Shown in pieces: positions 10,422 to 21,800 of a DNA stretch of 64,000 bases. Position numbers and translations under genes: made by a program. Source of the stretch: Cyanophora paradoxa CCMP329 (Eukaryota > Plantae > Glaucophyta); the NCBI GenBank assembly GCA_004431415.1, contig QPMI01000054.1, positions 372,001-436,000 of the forward strand, read 5' to 3'. How positions within the stretch are numbered: position 1 is the first letter of the stretch; each line of letters begins with the position of its first letter. The notes under the pieces were generated by a model that searched no databases, was not told where the DNA came from, and saw nothing but the letters and a program-made list of their open reading frames with translations.

Positions 10422-13400
10422 TCAGGCGCGATTTTTATAATGTCCAATCGCTCGGGTGTTGATCCGTCAGTCTCGAGGAAGCGTTTGGTATCAAGGGGAT
10501 GTAGAGCCTGACGCGAGGTTCGTTGTAAATAAATCTCATGTAGTTTCGAGCGGAAACCGAGAATTCCTTTGATGTCATACGATTGCTTTTCTCCCTCTTT
10601 AGGGCAGACGCACCGGAAGAATACATCCCTTGTGAGTCTGTTGTAGTACGTCTTTTGAATACCCTTGCATACCTGCTTGTCCGTGGAATCTTCACGCGAA
10701 TAATAGTAAGATTTCGGCCGGTTAGCGATCCACTCTGTCATTTGCAGACCATGGAGCTCATCCTTGAATAATCCCGGAGTTTTCCCCATCGATCGTAGAG
10801 CTCGAACCTCATCGGCTGTCATGCCATCGAAGAATCGATGTGTCTCTGGGTAGTCGCTAACATCCAGCTCATGCTTGATTGAGCGTAAATCAGCATAGAT
10901 ATCTTTGGTGCGAACCTCGATGATGAGACTGTCAGTATCCGTACCTAATAGTGTCAGCCGCTGGCCCAAAGCAGCTTGAGCACCTGGTAGTAAAAGCGGT
11001 ACATGTGCAGCTTGGAAAGTTCGAGGATGACGAACCCGCAGTAGATAGGTTTGTTCAGATTGTACTCACTTTTGCGCTTGGAAACGAATACAAGGTTCTC
11101 TTCGTACATCACCACCTGCTTCAACCGATTTGGTTCGCTGTTGATCTTCACCAGACGGTCTCCCGAAGTCACAAGCTCTGAAAAGCAGTGCTTTCTCACG
11201 TTCTCCATTGTTTTGCCAAAGACACTGTTGTTCATCAACTTGTAAAGGTCCTTCTGGTATGTGAACTGCGATTCTTTACGTTTTTGAGTATTGAGATCTA
11301 TGAAACGCCCTAGCCATGCGCTTTGTTCGTACGATAGGATCCGATGGATGTTGGTTACTATCATTCCCAGTGACGTATAGAGCTGAAGCAAGCGTCCATC
11401 AACAACATAATTCTTTTTGGAAGCAGATTTGGAACGAGCTTTGGAGTTCGTTCAACTGAGGTAAGCTTCTCGTCGTTAATCATATCCTGTTGTCGCTTTG
11501 ATAGGTGTTCCTTGGACACACACATCCGTTCAGGGGCCAGCGGATAGTCTGAGAACTCGTCATGGAGATGCTCAGGCATGTACATATCGACTTCGAGAGC
11601 ATAGCCACGAGCTCCATCCGCGTCAAGGCTTGCAACGTACTGCATTACATCAACGTCTTGATCTAGTTTATCCCAGCGGAAATCTCCTGTGGGTAGCTTG
11701 CGCTTCATTGCGACGCCGTACAAGTTGTTTGCATCGAGGTACATGAGCCACGATTCCTTGTGTGTTCGGTAGTAGTTAGAAATGCATGTAGACTGTGAGA
11801 CTGTAGGCTCAACAGCGTGGGTGTACTTGTTGAACTTTATGCTCAAATATTTGTTCTCAGCTCGTGCGTAGCGTTTTGAGATCATTGAGATTCCGCCCTG
11901 ATCCCGGATTCTATAAATCTGTGCATATCCTGCTGCCCTCGTGAAAGAGCTCGAGCTTCACTCCAGTGTGCTTAAGTGCTGCCTGCCAAGCAAATCCCGG
12001 CGATGACATAAAATAGCTAGGATCTAGGCCATACGTTTCAATACACGTATCACGATAGTTTTCAAACACGTCAGCTAGTAACGCGATATCTGTCATCATA
12101 TACTCCATTGTATAGCCTGATAGCGTTCTGCAGCCGAGCTCTCGCCAAACAGCCTTCGCATGTGCGTACTCATCTTTCGTGCATTTCTTCTGTTTAAGCT
12201 GATTTTTGAAATAACGACGTGCAGGCAGTTTAGACTCCTGAAAGCGAGCCCAGCTCGTCATGTAGTCATAAGGGTAAATCCCTTTGCTAGTCATCAGCTT
12301 GAACCGAGTCTCGTCCAGATACAGCGAGCGCGTGATCTTCTTCTTCTCCGCGGGCAGAGCCTTTGCAAGGTCGTCCAAGCTCGCATTCAAGTGCTGAGCC
12401 GAGTCCCGTAGAACGTAAATTCCATACTTGAACTGCGAAATTCGCTCGCTATTCTGGAAGACCTGATCGAATTTTATCGAAAGGAGACTCTGCGGGCGGA
12501 GCCGGCGTTCGAGCCCCTTCTTCGCCTTCTTTTTCTGCTCTGGGGTCATCTCACGCCCACCGTACTTGCTTTCAAACTCGCTTTCGACATGCGCTTGAAA
12601 CTCCTTCCAAGCTGCTAAACGACGGTTATAGCCAGATGCTAGAGCACGTACGAGCAGGTGGAAGTCAAATCCTCGACCGTTGTGCCAGAATAATGGAACA
12701 GCAGCTGATTTCGCGCGGCGTCGATTGCAAGCTCTGCAGGCAGCCCGAAATATCGGCCAGATTCGTGGCAGTGATCACGGTGCTTGTCTTTCGCATCCTT
12801 GAACGTGTTCTTGCACATGTAGCACTCGGTCGTCGTTTGAAAACGCTGCTCCTCTTCCTGAGTAATCTGGATTGGTGCAGTCTCTCGCAAAAGCTCTCGG
12901 AATTGTGGTTCCATTTCGTCCAACCATTGCACGAACTTCTCAGTGCAGTCCTCGCTCTCCGAACCCATGTATTTGAAACAAAACTGTTCACCTTTTGAAG
13001 ATACAACCAGACAGCCGACTGAAGCAATCACATGCACACCTTTCTTTTCGGTCTTTCCACTAATGCAGGGAATTGGCATTGTAATCGTCTCTGAATCAGC
13101 ATATCCGACCAGACGTTGCCGGATTGAGTACTCAAAGTTAATAAACTTCTGGATATGTGCTCCTTTCTCCGGCAGAACATCTCTTGCGTGTTCATCCCGA
13201 TCAAGGCAACGGTCATATTTCAGATGATTTTCAAATGCTTGATCTGAGCTAAAACCGACCTGGCAGGCTAAGCAATAGTGCTTTGCATTTGATTCGTTCT
13301 TTCGGAACAGTCGTGAGACGCTCTTAATCCAGAGGTAATGCCCGACATCGTTTCCCTCCCCAGCCGGCACATACAGTATTGGGATTGCGTCTCTCGCAGC

Positions 13401-14474
13401 ACTGATATGGATTGGTATGATATCCTGCTTATCTAGAGCAGTTGTATAAACGCAGAGCTTGACGTTATTTGCTTGCTCGAATTTGGTGAACATCCTCGAG
13501 TCAAGCGAGGTCGGATATGTAAGCATTGAGCAGTCCAGCGATGTCTCGTGCTGGCGGTAGTTCCCTGCATGCCGAGAATCAACACCTTCGCCCAATGGAT
13601 TGCGAGCAGCAAGGACTGCGTATTTAAAGCACTCGTTGTTCGGTGCATTTATATTGATAAGCGCGTGCTTGTCTGAGAGCCACTTTGGCAGTACAAAGCC
13701 TCGGCCACGGCCACCAATCCTGCGGAAATAGCGCACAGTTTTAAAGACCAGATACACCCACGTGTCAAATACTGAGGAATCCCTGCTTTTCTCTGCCGAG
13801 ATCATGTCTAATTCTTCGAGCTGTGAACGCAAGGCCGCCTCAATGCTTGTCCCTGGCTCGATGCGATCGAAACGACGATGTTCAATAACGATAGCGATCG
13901 TAGAATCTGTCTCTGGCTTTCTGTAGACACCCAATCCAGAGATTTGTAGTGCAATGCCCATTCTTACCGCCTCTGCAAGATTTACCTGGGCGCTTACGAA
14001 TGATATAGCATTCTGTTTGAACTGCTCAGAATTCTCGAAGCGAGCTTGCATTGATGTTACGCGGCCAGAACCGCGAGGCAATTGGTATTTCCACTCCGCA
14101 TATCGCCCGTCAAGCGCTGTTGTAGTATTTCCGTCATTGATTTGAACATCATTTCCACCGTCATCCTCAGGCAGCTCGGCAAAGCCACGGACGATCTCTG
14201 CCTGCACCTCTGCGATCGCCAGCTCTAGTCGACGACCTGACACAGGACGCGCTGGCCTAGGAAGTCTTGCAAGTTCGTTCAAAAGTGAAGCGTACTTTTC
14301 CAAAGTTGCAAACCGTGTTCTCGACCCTTGTGCTGAAATTCTAATCAATTTATTTTTGAAAGCTCCATGTATGACGCGTCGATTATACAATGAAATCGCG
14401 AGCGCTTCGATCTGGTCTTTGATTCTGGCCAACCGGAAGCGCCGAGTCGCTGCATTATTTTGGGTAACGTCCAT
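10422..14474 (-). CDS. Protein-primed family B DNA polymerase (pPolB), split by six single-base frameshifts
   Basis: Motifs in order: vOTU-like NECF...GHY, ExoI YADSET, CYMC...DHCH...AACRACN, ExoII HNGRGFD, KGIYPYDYM, ExoIII YMMTD, IRGG, YLDANNLYG, KLMNNSVFGK, DTDS, and a restored C-terminus DTKR...TRAIGHY. Confidence 0.95.
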
Positions 14475-14603
14475 TGGAAGTATATATCACAATTTTTTTG
14501 CTTGTTCCAAACGCAACTTCACATAGCAATATTGGAAAGGGATCTCTTTAAGACAAAATAAGAGAAACCTCAATTGCGGTGACCCTTTGGTGATTCAAAG
14601 ACC

Positions 14604-15031
14604 GGCGCTATCATCCACACAGTATTATTGACTAACTAGAACCTAAACTCGCATATGCAATCAGCTTCGATTATATAGTTTTATCGTCTAGCTAGAACCT
14701 GGAAACCTCTCCGCTATTTAGATAGGAAGAACACAGTATTAACGCCTAGCTGCTGATTAAGCTATCTCTGCAGACCGTCGCGTTGGGGGCCCGTCTCAAA
14801 TCACTGCTATATCTTTTGCAAGATCGATTGGAGTAGACGTTAGATACTACCTAGTGGTTGCTGGATGGAAGGGGAGGTAGACCAGAGGGAGAGAAGGGCG
14901 GTAGACGTAGCGGAAGGGTTGGCGAGAGTGATGGCTGGGAAGACGCTGGATTGGGTGGGTTGGGGTGGGTTCGGAGAGGTGAGGGTGGTGAAGAGGGGTG
15001 GGCCACAGAATCAGGTCCTCTCTCATTTTTT
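14604..15031 (-). repeat. Right TIR of the Polinton-like virus
   Basis: Ends GGTCCTCTCTCATTTTTT and is an inverted copy of 3957-4384. Confidence 0.95.
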
Positions 15032-15222
15032 CATGCGCGCAATCCATCGAAAGAAACCAATTCTCCCAATTCTTAAGGGCTCAAAAAACACCGCTAATTA
15101 CAGCTGCGCATGCAGGCCCGGGTCCGCAGCGGTCTGAAGGCCGCTGCAGCTGGCCATGGGCACTCGGCGGCGAGCCGACCAGAGCTCGGCAGGCCGGGGT
15201 GCACGTGCGCTACGGCGGGCGC

Positions 15223-15474
15223 CTACGCGGCGAACGCCTCGTCGATCAGGTCGAAGGCCTCCTCGGCGGCGACCTCGAAGTCGTCGGCCGCGAACTCGTC
15301 GAGGCCGAGCGCCTCGTCGGCGTCCACCTCCTGCGTCTCCGCGTCGAGGCGGGCCGCCCCGTACCAGTCGCTGGCCGGGTCCATCGCCGTGTTGGGGTTG
15401 ACGGCGGGGTGGACGTCCGGGTTGTAGTTGGCGTCGCCCGGCTGCGGGAAGTTGGGGTTGTAAATGCCGGACAT
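15223..15474 (-). CDS. Small acidic host protein (83 aa), function unknown
   Basis: Strong host-like GC3 codon bias and a CGCAG acceptor-like site just before AAA-ATG. The N-terminus is Asn/Pro-rich and the tail is Asp/Glu/Ala/Phe-rich. Confidence 0.6.
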   Translation of the reverse strand: MSGIYNPNFPQPGDANYNPDVHPAVNPNTAMDPASDWYGAARLDAETQEVDADEALGLDEFAADDFEVAAEEAFDLIDEAFAA

Positions 15475-16396
15475 TTTCTGCGCGTGCGAGCGAAGTTCAG
15501 CGGGCAGCCCAAGCCCACGGATTAGACGCGCAGCGCGCTAAGTACTAGTGTCACTCAGTGTACATGTGCTTGAAACTTAGAAGCACGCGCGCTCCAAGGC
15601 CGGGTGCATGCGTAGCGCACCTAACCTTGCTGGTCACACACGCTCAGTGATGATGCCGGCGGGCCCTGAGGACAGCGAGCTCGAGGAGAACGCGTACGTT
15701 TTACTTGACTCGATTTCGCCGTCCGACGCGACTGTCGGCGTGGCACAGCACGCAGCAGGACTCGGGAACTAGTAGGAGCTCGCAAGTGTTAGCTATAGCA
15801 CTGCTAGGCACCATGGGTATAGCCTACTCAGCTAGGCTACTAGTAGTAATCTAGTACTACGACTAGGAGCCGGCTACTAGCTGATACTGTAGGATTGCTT
15901 TTTTAGCCAATGTTTTAAATTGCCGTAAATTGCCGAGAGGCCGAATTCGGCAATTTAGAGCCGCGGCAATTCTCAGGGGGTAGGGTTATACGGCCGCTTT
16001 TGTATGGCGCGGGCCGCGCGGCATAGAAGAAATCCAGAGTTTCGGTAATTAATCGCCACGGCAATTCCGCTTTTGGTCGAATCTCCCTAGCGCTAGCGCG
16101 GAATCTTGAATCGATATCGATATCCGAGGCTCGCTAGCGAGGAATCTTGAATCGATATATATATCGCCCGCCGGCGCCGGGCCGGCGCGCCGGCGCCGGC
16201 GCCGGCGGCCGCCGGCCGAGGATCGATATATATACTGGTCCCGGTGGTCCGCCGCCGGTATAGTGGCCTATAGCTAGTAGGAGGCTGTACAGCCTAGCTA
16301 TATAGCTATATATACTATGCCGGTATACGTAGCTAATCATGAATATTTTCGAAGCAGGCGTTCAACGGTTCAAGCCACCGGATCGACATATATATA

Positions 16397-16659
16397 CTGT
16401 AGAACTAGTTAATTAATTGATTTAGTACAGGAAAATAATTAGTACTTTGCCAAAACTGCCAATTAATTTAGCAGGTGGTAAAAGATTAGTAGGTCTGTCT
16501 TCGGCGACTCTTCGCGGGGCTTTTGTATGGCGGAGACGGAGCTACTAGTACCCCTAAAAATTCTCTGCTTTAATTAGCAGGCGGGGAATATTAAGTAGAT
16601 CGTCCAAAAACTTTTAGTACTATAAATATGCAGCCCACTAAATATTTCTAGTTCTACAG
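16397..16659. mobile_element. MITE, Tc1/mariner-pogo type (TA target)
   Basis: TIRs CTGTAGAACTAG / CTAGTTCTACAG flanked on both sides by TA runs, with an AT-rich noncoding interior. Confidence 0.7.
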
Positions 16660-17586
16660 TATATATATCTCCGGATTCCGGCCGCCGGGAATCATCCGGA
16701 TCCGGATCCGGACCGTCGACGTCGCGAATCTACTCGCGATCGGACGCGTCTCCCCGCGCGCGCGTACCCCGGGACAGTGCCACGGTGGAACACGCGATCC
16801 AATCGATCGCCATCCAATCGAACTACTCCGATCGAGGTTTCTTCGATCGCGAATTTATAACTTATAAGTCGGCCCGACTACTAAAGTTTTATCGTATATA
16901 TACTAAACCTGAACATGAGGTGTGGGGGGGGTACGTTGTGCGACCGTAGTTGCAGCGCGGGAGAAGCTAGCAATAGTGCGCATGCGAGGGGGCTCCCGCC
17001 CGGCCCGCTCCAACGTTAACAGATCTAGCTAGACCCCCTAGCGCGCGCCGCGCCCACCCTTCTAGGCCCTTCTTAAGGCCGCTACTAAAGCGCTCCGCAC
17101 GCCGAACTCTTAATTATTTTCAGCTACTAATAAATTTAGACCGATCAAACTCCGGGAGTTATTCTGTGGTCTTGAATATTGCTCGGATAACAGTATACGT
17201 AAGCTTAAGCTTGCTTAGCGCCCGGCCCGGCCCGCCGCGGGCGGCGCCGGCGCCGGCGGGCCGGGCCGACTCGGCGAGGCCCGGGCCCCGAGGGCGACTG
17301 AAGCTAAGCTTGCAATTGCGGGCTTTGCGAAAAAGAGCCGGGAATTCGAAAGAGCCAAAGGGCTCTACTAGGCTAATTGGTATTTAATATTAAATAAATC
17401 GCAGGCGACCAGTAGATATACATCTCTGCAACTTCACTGGCAACTTGTACTGTTGTACAAGTTGCATTAATATTGCCAAGTTGTGGCAAGTTACACTGGC
17501 AACTACACAGTCTTCACTGGCAATGATTGCAAGTCACTGACTCACTGTCGACTCACTAGTACTGAGTACTACTGAGAGTCTCTGAC

Positions 17587-18119
17587 CAGTGATGTCATCA
17601 TGATAGGTCCCCCAAAATCGTCATCATTATCACATCATTATCACCATCATGATGATCATTTTGATATCACTGGGAAGGGGGTACGGACGCGTCATCAGAC
17701 ACTTCAGTGCCCTTTCTGCGCTGTAGAACCTGCTGTTTGGGAGCAGAATCGTGTTCTTAAGCATACCAATGCTGGGTTAAAGCATCTGGGGATCCGAATG
17801 ACAAGAGATCATGAGAAATCCACCCAGGGTGACGACCTGGGGGTACATGCATAGCCCCTAGTAGTTCTGCCGAGGCGGCCAGAGGCTAGCTATAGCTATA
17901 GCGCTCTAGATCTCCAGAGCCTCGAATAACATTCTTAACATCACCAGAGCACTATATATATAGCACTGTACAGAGCACTTGGAAAGGCGAAAGACGCGAG
18001 TTGAGGGGTCGTGATGTCACCATTATGATGAGCGTGATAGAGGGGGGGTCCCGTATCATGATATCAAAATGTGATATCACATCATTATCATTTTTATCAT
18101 TATCATGATGCCATCACTG
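17587..18119. mobile_element. MITE, hAT-like
   Basis: 19-bp TIRs CAGTGATG(T/G)CATCATGATA with one mismatch and ATC/TGA-rich subterminal repeats. The flanks TCTCTGAC and CTACTGAC look like a decayed 8-bp TSD. Confidence 0.65.
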
Positions 18120-18330
18120 CTACTGACTGCATGGATGAATATGGCTGTTTAAATTTGCAACTTTTAAATTTTAATCACAATGGCCACTTGTAACGGTTGA
18201 GGCCCCATTAAATTGTAACGGTACGTCTACCGGTTGCTCCCTGGCACCATAGGGTGCAAGGAGCCACCCAGGACTCGGGTAGTCGGCGGCGACTCGCGGG
18301 CCTCTGGAGTCGCGGGCCTCGCGGCGCCTA

Positions 18331-18620
18331 CCGTAGTACAAACGTTGACCTACCGTGTGGCACTAAATTACTGCGGCGTTAATTAACGCGGTTTCAAAAA
18401 TGGCCATGGCACTCCTCTGAGCGAAATACCGCGGTACCAAATTACCGCGTTTTAGAAAACTTGAGGCTTGTATGGGGCGGCAATTGTGGGGGGTACTGTA
18501 TAAAGCAACTTGTCTGCAGCTTATTACCGCGGTACCAAATTACCGCGTTTTAACAAATTCTCGGCGCGGTAATTTGGTACCGCGGTAATTAAGTGGGCGC
18601 GGTATTTATGTGTTCTACGG
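18331..18620. mobile_element. MITE, pogo-like (TA target)
   Basis: TA|CCGTAGTACA ... TGTTCTACGG|TA (one mismatch), with internal direct and inverted copies of TACCGCGGTACCAAATTACCGCG. Confidence 0.6.
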
Positions 18621-18831
18621 TACCCCTAGGCCTGCGCTTGGATCGAGGGGATAGTACCGGGCTACTACTACCCTCAGGCCAGAGCCTAGTACGAGTACTC
18701 AGGGCTAGCGCTAGTGGCTAGTATAAGGTTGCAGTCCTCGTCGCAAAGGTCTCCAGACCAAAAGCTTGCCGGGCGCATCGATATCGTTCTCGCTCCCTCG
18801 TCAAGTCCGTTCGTATCCGTACGCGTGAACC

Positions 18832-21800
18832 ATGTCGGTGAGTACGAGCTGCCGCCTAGGCCTGGCGCCTGCAATCGCTCTCGAGCTCGGGCCGCTCCGG
18901 TCCGCGGGCGCGGGGCTTACGGGACGCGCGAGCCCATCGGTCAACCTCGCCGGCTTGTAGTGCGGTTTTTGACAGACATCCGTTTGCGTCGCAGCTCAAG
19001 TGCCAGGCTGTCAAGCGCCTCGCCAGCTACAACGCCGCCGACGGCAACGATGCGTGCGCTCAGCTCCGGGCCGGCTCTTGATCATAACCAAGACGAAGGC
19101 CCGCCCCTGAATTCGCGGCTGCGGGCGCAGGGCGCAGGCGAAGATCGTCATCAGCAAGTCGCTGGCGAGCACCTTCGATTTCCAGGTCCGCGCATGTTCA
19201 GGCCGCCGGGCTACCCGCGCGCACGCAAGCCACGCTGTGCGTGTGCTCACGGCCGCTGTAGGGCCACCCGAGCGACTTCCGGGCGATCGACACGAACCAC
19301 GACAACTTCGCGTCCCAGGCCGAACTGGAGACGTTCTTCGCGGCCCAGGGCCTAGACTCTACCCAGATCAGCAAGCTGGTCCGCCTTGTCGAGATGTCTG
19401 AATCGTATTCATACAGGCCACTTAAAAAAATTTGTTTCGTCGCGCAGGTCGGCCTGTACGATGGTGCGCGAGTTCGAATTCAACGCCTGCGCGGCAATAT
19501 ATATGTGTCGCATCCGACTTTACAGTGGATGCTCGATTGTGAGCCGCTAGGGCTCTAGATGATGTATGCAGCCTTCGTGCTGCTAGGCCGACGGCGCCTA
19601 GGCTAGTTAGAGCGCCGCGGTCATTTGTATGCGTGTGTCGGGGTACGCCGTAGTTGGACGGGTACACCCTCAGTCTACCATCACGGTGGCTAACAGCAGC
19701 AGCACTCGCCAAACCCCGCCCTGCCGAGCTTGCACTCCGCACGGGCTTCTCGCGCGCACGATTAGACACACTAATCTCGCACGCGACAGGCGCCATTCTG
19801 CCGGAATCGAACCTTCAAGGGTCTGAGTCCGTATCGCTCTCCCCAGCCCCGCCGCGCAGCGCGCATCGCTGCGCCGCCTTGCCCAGTGCCTATTGGAGCC
19901 AGAGACCTGCTTTCCGCGCGAGCGCCGTCCCCACGGTTGCTTTGCGTTTGAGTGCGCCGCCCTGTACCGCTTGCGGTTGGACGGTAGTGCACCGGAAACG
20001 TCTCTAGTGCCTATCGCGGGCTTCGGGTCATCCCCAGACCGAAGCGCACGCGCCGAGCTCTCTCTCGAGAGTCTCATCATTGCCTGTCCCATCGCCGGTT
20101 GCGAGCAACCGTGCCACGGAGACTGCTGCGAGCAGCTCTCTAAGTGTCCCTGAGTCGCGCTCTTGCGTGACCGCGAGATCCCCGCGCCGGATTCTGCAGC
20201 GAGCTGCAGATCAAATCCCGCGCCTAGTGCTCTCCCCGGCATCTTGTTCTTGCGGCTTTACGTTGCAAAGAGAACAACATGTCAAACTCCTCGGAACTTC
20301 TTAGTTCTGAAGTCCGGAGCCAGCTGTCTGCGCTCGCGCATGTTGAGCCTGCGAAGGCCGAACTTGCTGTGCAGTACGCCGCCCCCGGCGCCTCGGCTGT
20401 GGCTGATGACGATCCCGCGCGGATCGGATTCTTGCCCGCCCAGCCCCGCCTCGCCGATGGTGACCGGTTCCGCAAGGACGTCCGGAACTATCAGTCGGCG
20501 CAGCCGACGAAGTATCTCTTTGGCCCCGACGCTGCCGGCGGCCAGGAGTATACTAAGTCCGAGGCTCTTGCCGGAGTGATCGTCGGGCGCATCCGCCCCG
20601 GCGCCCTCCGCGCCGTAATCGAGCGTAAGCGCGACCTCTATGAGGCCTCTATTGCTGGCCTGGAGCGTGACCGCGCTACGCTGCGGCGCCTTGAGCTCGT
20701 CCCGGCGAACTTGCGTTCTGCCGATGACGACGCCACGATCCTCGCGCTGCAGCAGAGCTGCGCGCGTGATGAGGCCTCAATCGTGGCCACGCGTGATGCG
20801 TACTTGCGTGCCCCCGGGCTGCTAGACACGATCACGGCGTGGATCCACAAGGCGCGCCCGCACGCGGCCCGCCGGGCCCTCACTGAGCCCTACACGGGCG
20901 AGGATCCGCGCTCATGGCACGACTGGTTCTTGCCTCTCGTCCGGCACACGCTGCCGACGGGCCAGCGCCTCGCCGTGTACTACGCCGAGTGCCTGCGCAC
21001 TGCGCTTGAGGCCCGTGCGACGAGCGAGGACCCGGAATATCAGAACCTTGATGTTCGGATGGCCGGGTTCGCGAAGCTGAACGAGCGCACGCTGCGCGAG
21101 TTCCTCACTGCGCTGGACCAGCGCATTCTCGCTCTGGACGGCGCCCTGTCGCCGCTCCAGCTGGACGATCTATTCCTCCAGGCATGCGAGACGCACGGCT
21201 GCCGTACCGTGCTGCCACCCCAGGCCATGGTCGCGCCCGAGGCGCCTGAGACCAAGCGCCCCGCGTGCGCAAAATGGCCGTGGCGGCCGATGACGAGGAC
21301 GAGCCTGACGAGGCCGTCCCGACGAAATCGGTGCACGCCGCCCCCGGCACCAAGGCGCCGCCGGGCGCCCCCGTCTTGAGCCGCCGGCACCCGGACGAGG
21401 AAAACCTGGGGTACCCGTGCACCACCACGACGCCATGCCCCCTGTGCATGCACGTGGAGATGCCGGCCCTCGACCGCTGCCACTTTACGTGGAATTGCGC
21501 GTGGGGCACGGCCCCGTTCCCCGGCATCCCGTACGCCGACTGGGTGAAGGGGATCGCTGAGAAGCGGGCGGGCTTGAAGCGCCGCGAGCGCGCGACCCGC
21601 GAGGACGAGGGCCCCGACCGCGACGAGCGCGGGGACCCCGGCCCGAACCGCGGCGGTTACGCCCACCGCGGTGGACACCGCCAGGAGCCGTACCCCCGGG
21701 GCGGTTTCCAAGCCCGCGGCGGGTTCCGCGGCGGCGCCCGCAGCGGCTACGCCGGCGGCTCCGGCCGTGGCCCGGCCTCCGGCCCGAACCAGCGCCCGCT

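Larger units (their letters stand above)
3957..15031. mobile_element. Endogenous Polinton-like virus / Maverick-Polinton, 11,075 bp
   Basis: 428-bp terminal inverted repeats and a perfect 6-bp TSD CATGCG at 3951-3956 and 15032-15037. The interior is intronless and lower in GC than the host, and encodes pPolB, rve integrase, MCP, mCP and an A32-like ATPase. Confidence 0.96.

Noticed and set aside
10268-10470. pPolB-integrase fusion
   Set aside because: Repairing the frameshift at 10464-65 gives a typical pPolB end with a stop at 10422, and the integrase has its own ATG at 10412.
19789-19830. Possible tRNA gene on the minus strand
   Set aside because: Only the T-loop and 3' acceptor strand are present. 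There is no D-arm, anticodon arm or 5' strand, and the position fits a PBS.
19893-20153. Cys-rich short ORF in the retrotransposon leader
   Set aside because: It has a non-ATG start and no clear codon bias or recognised motif.
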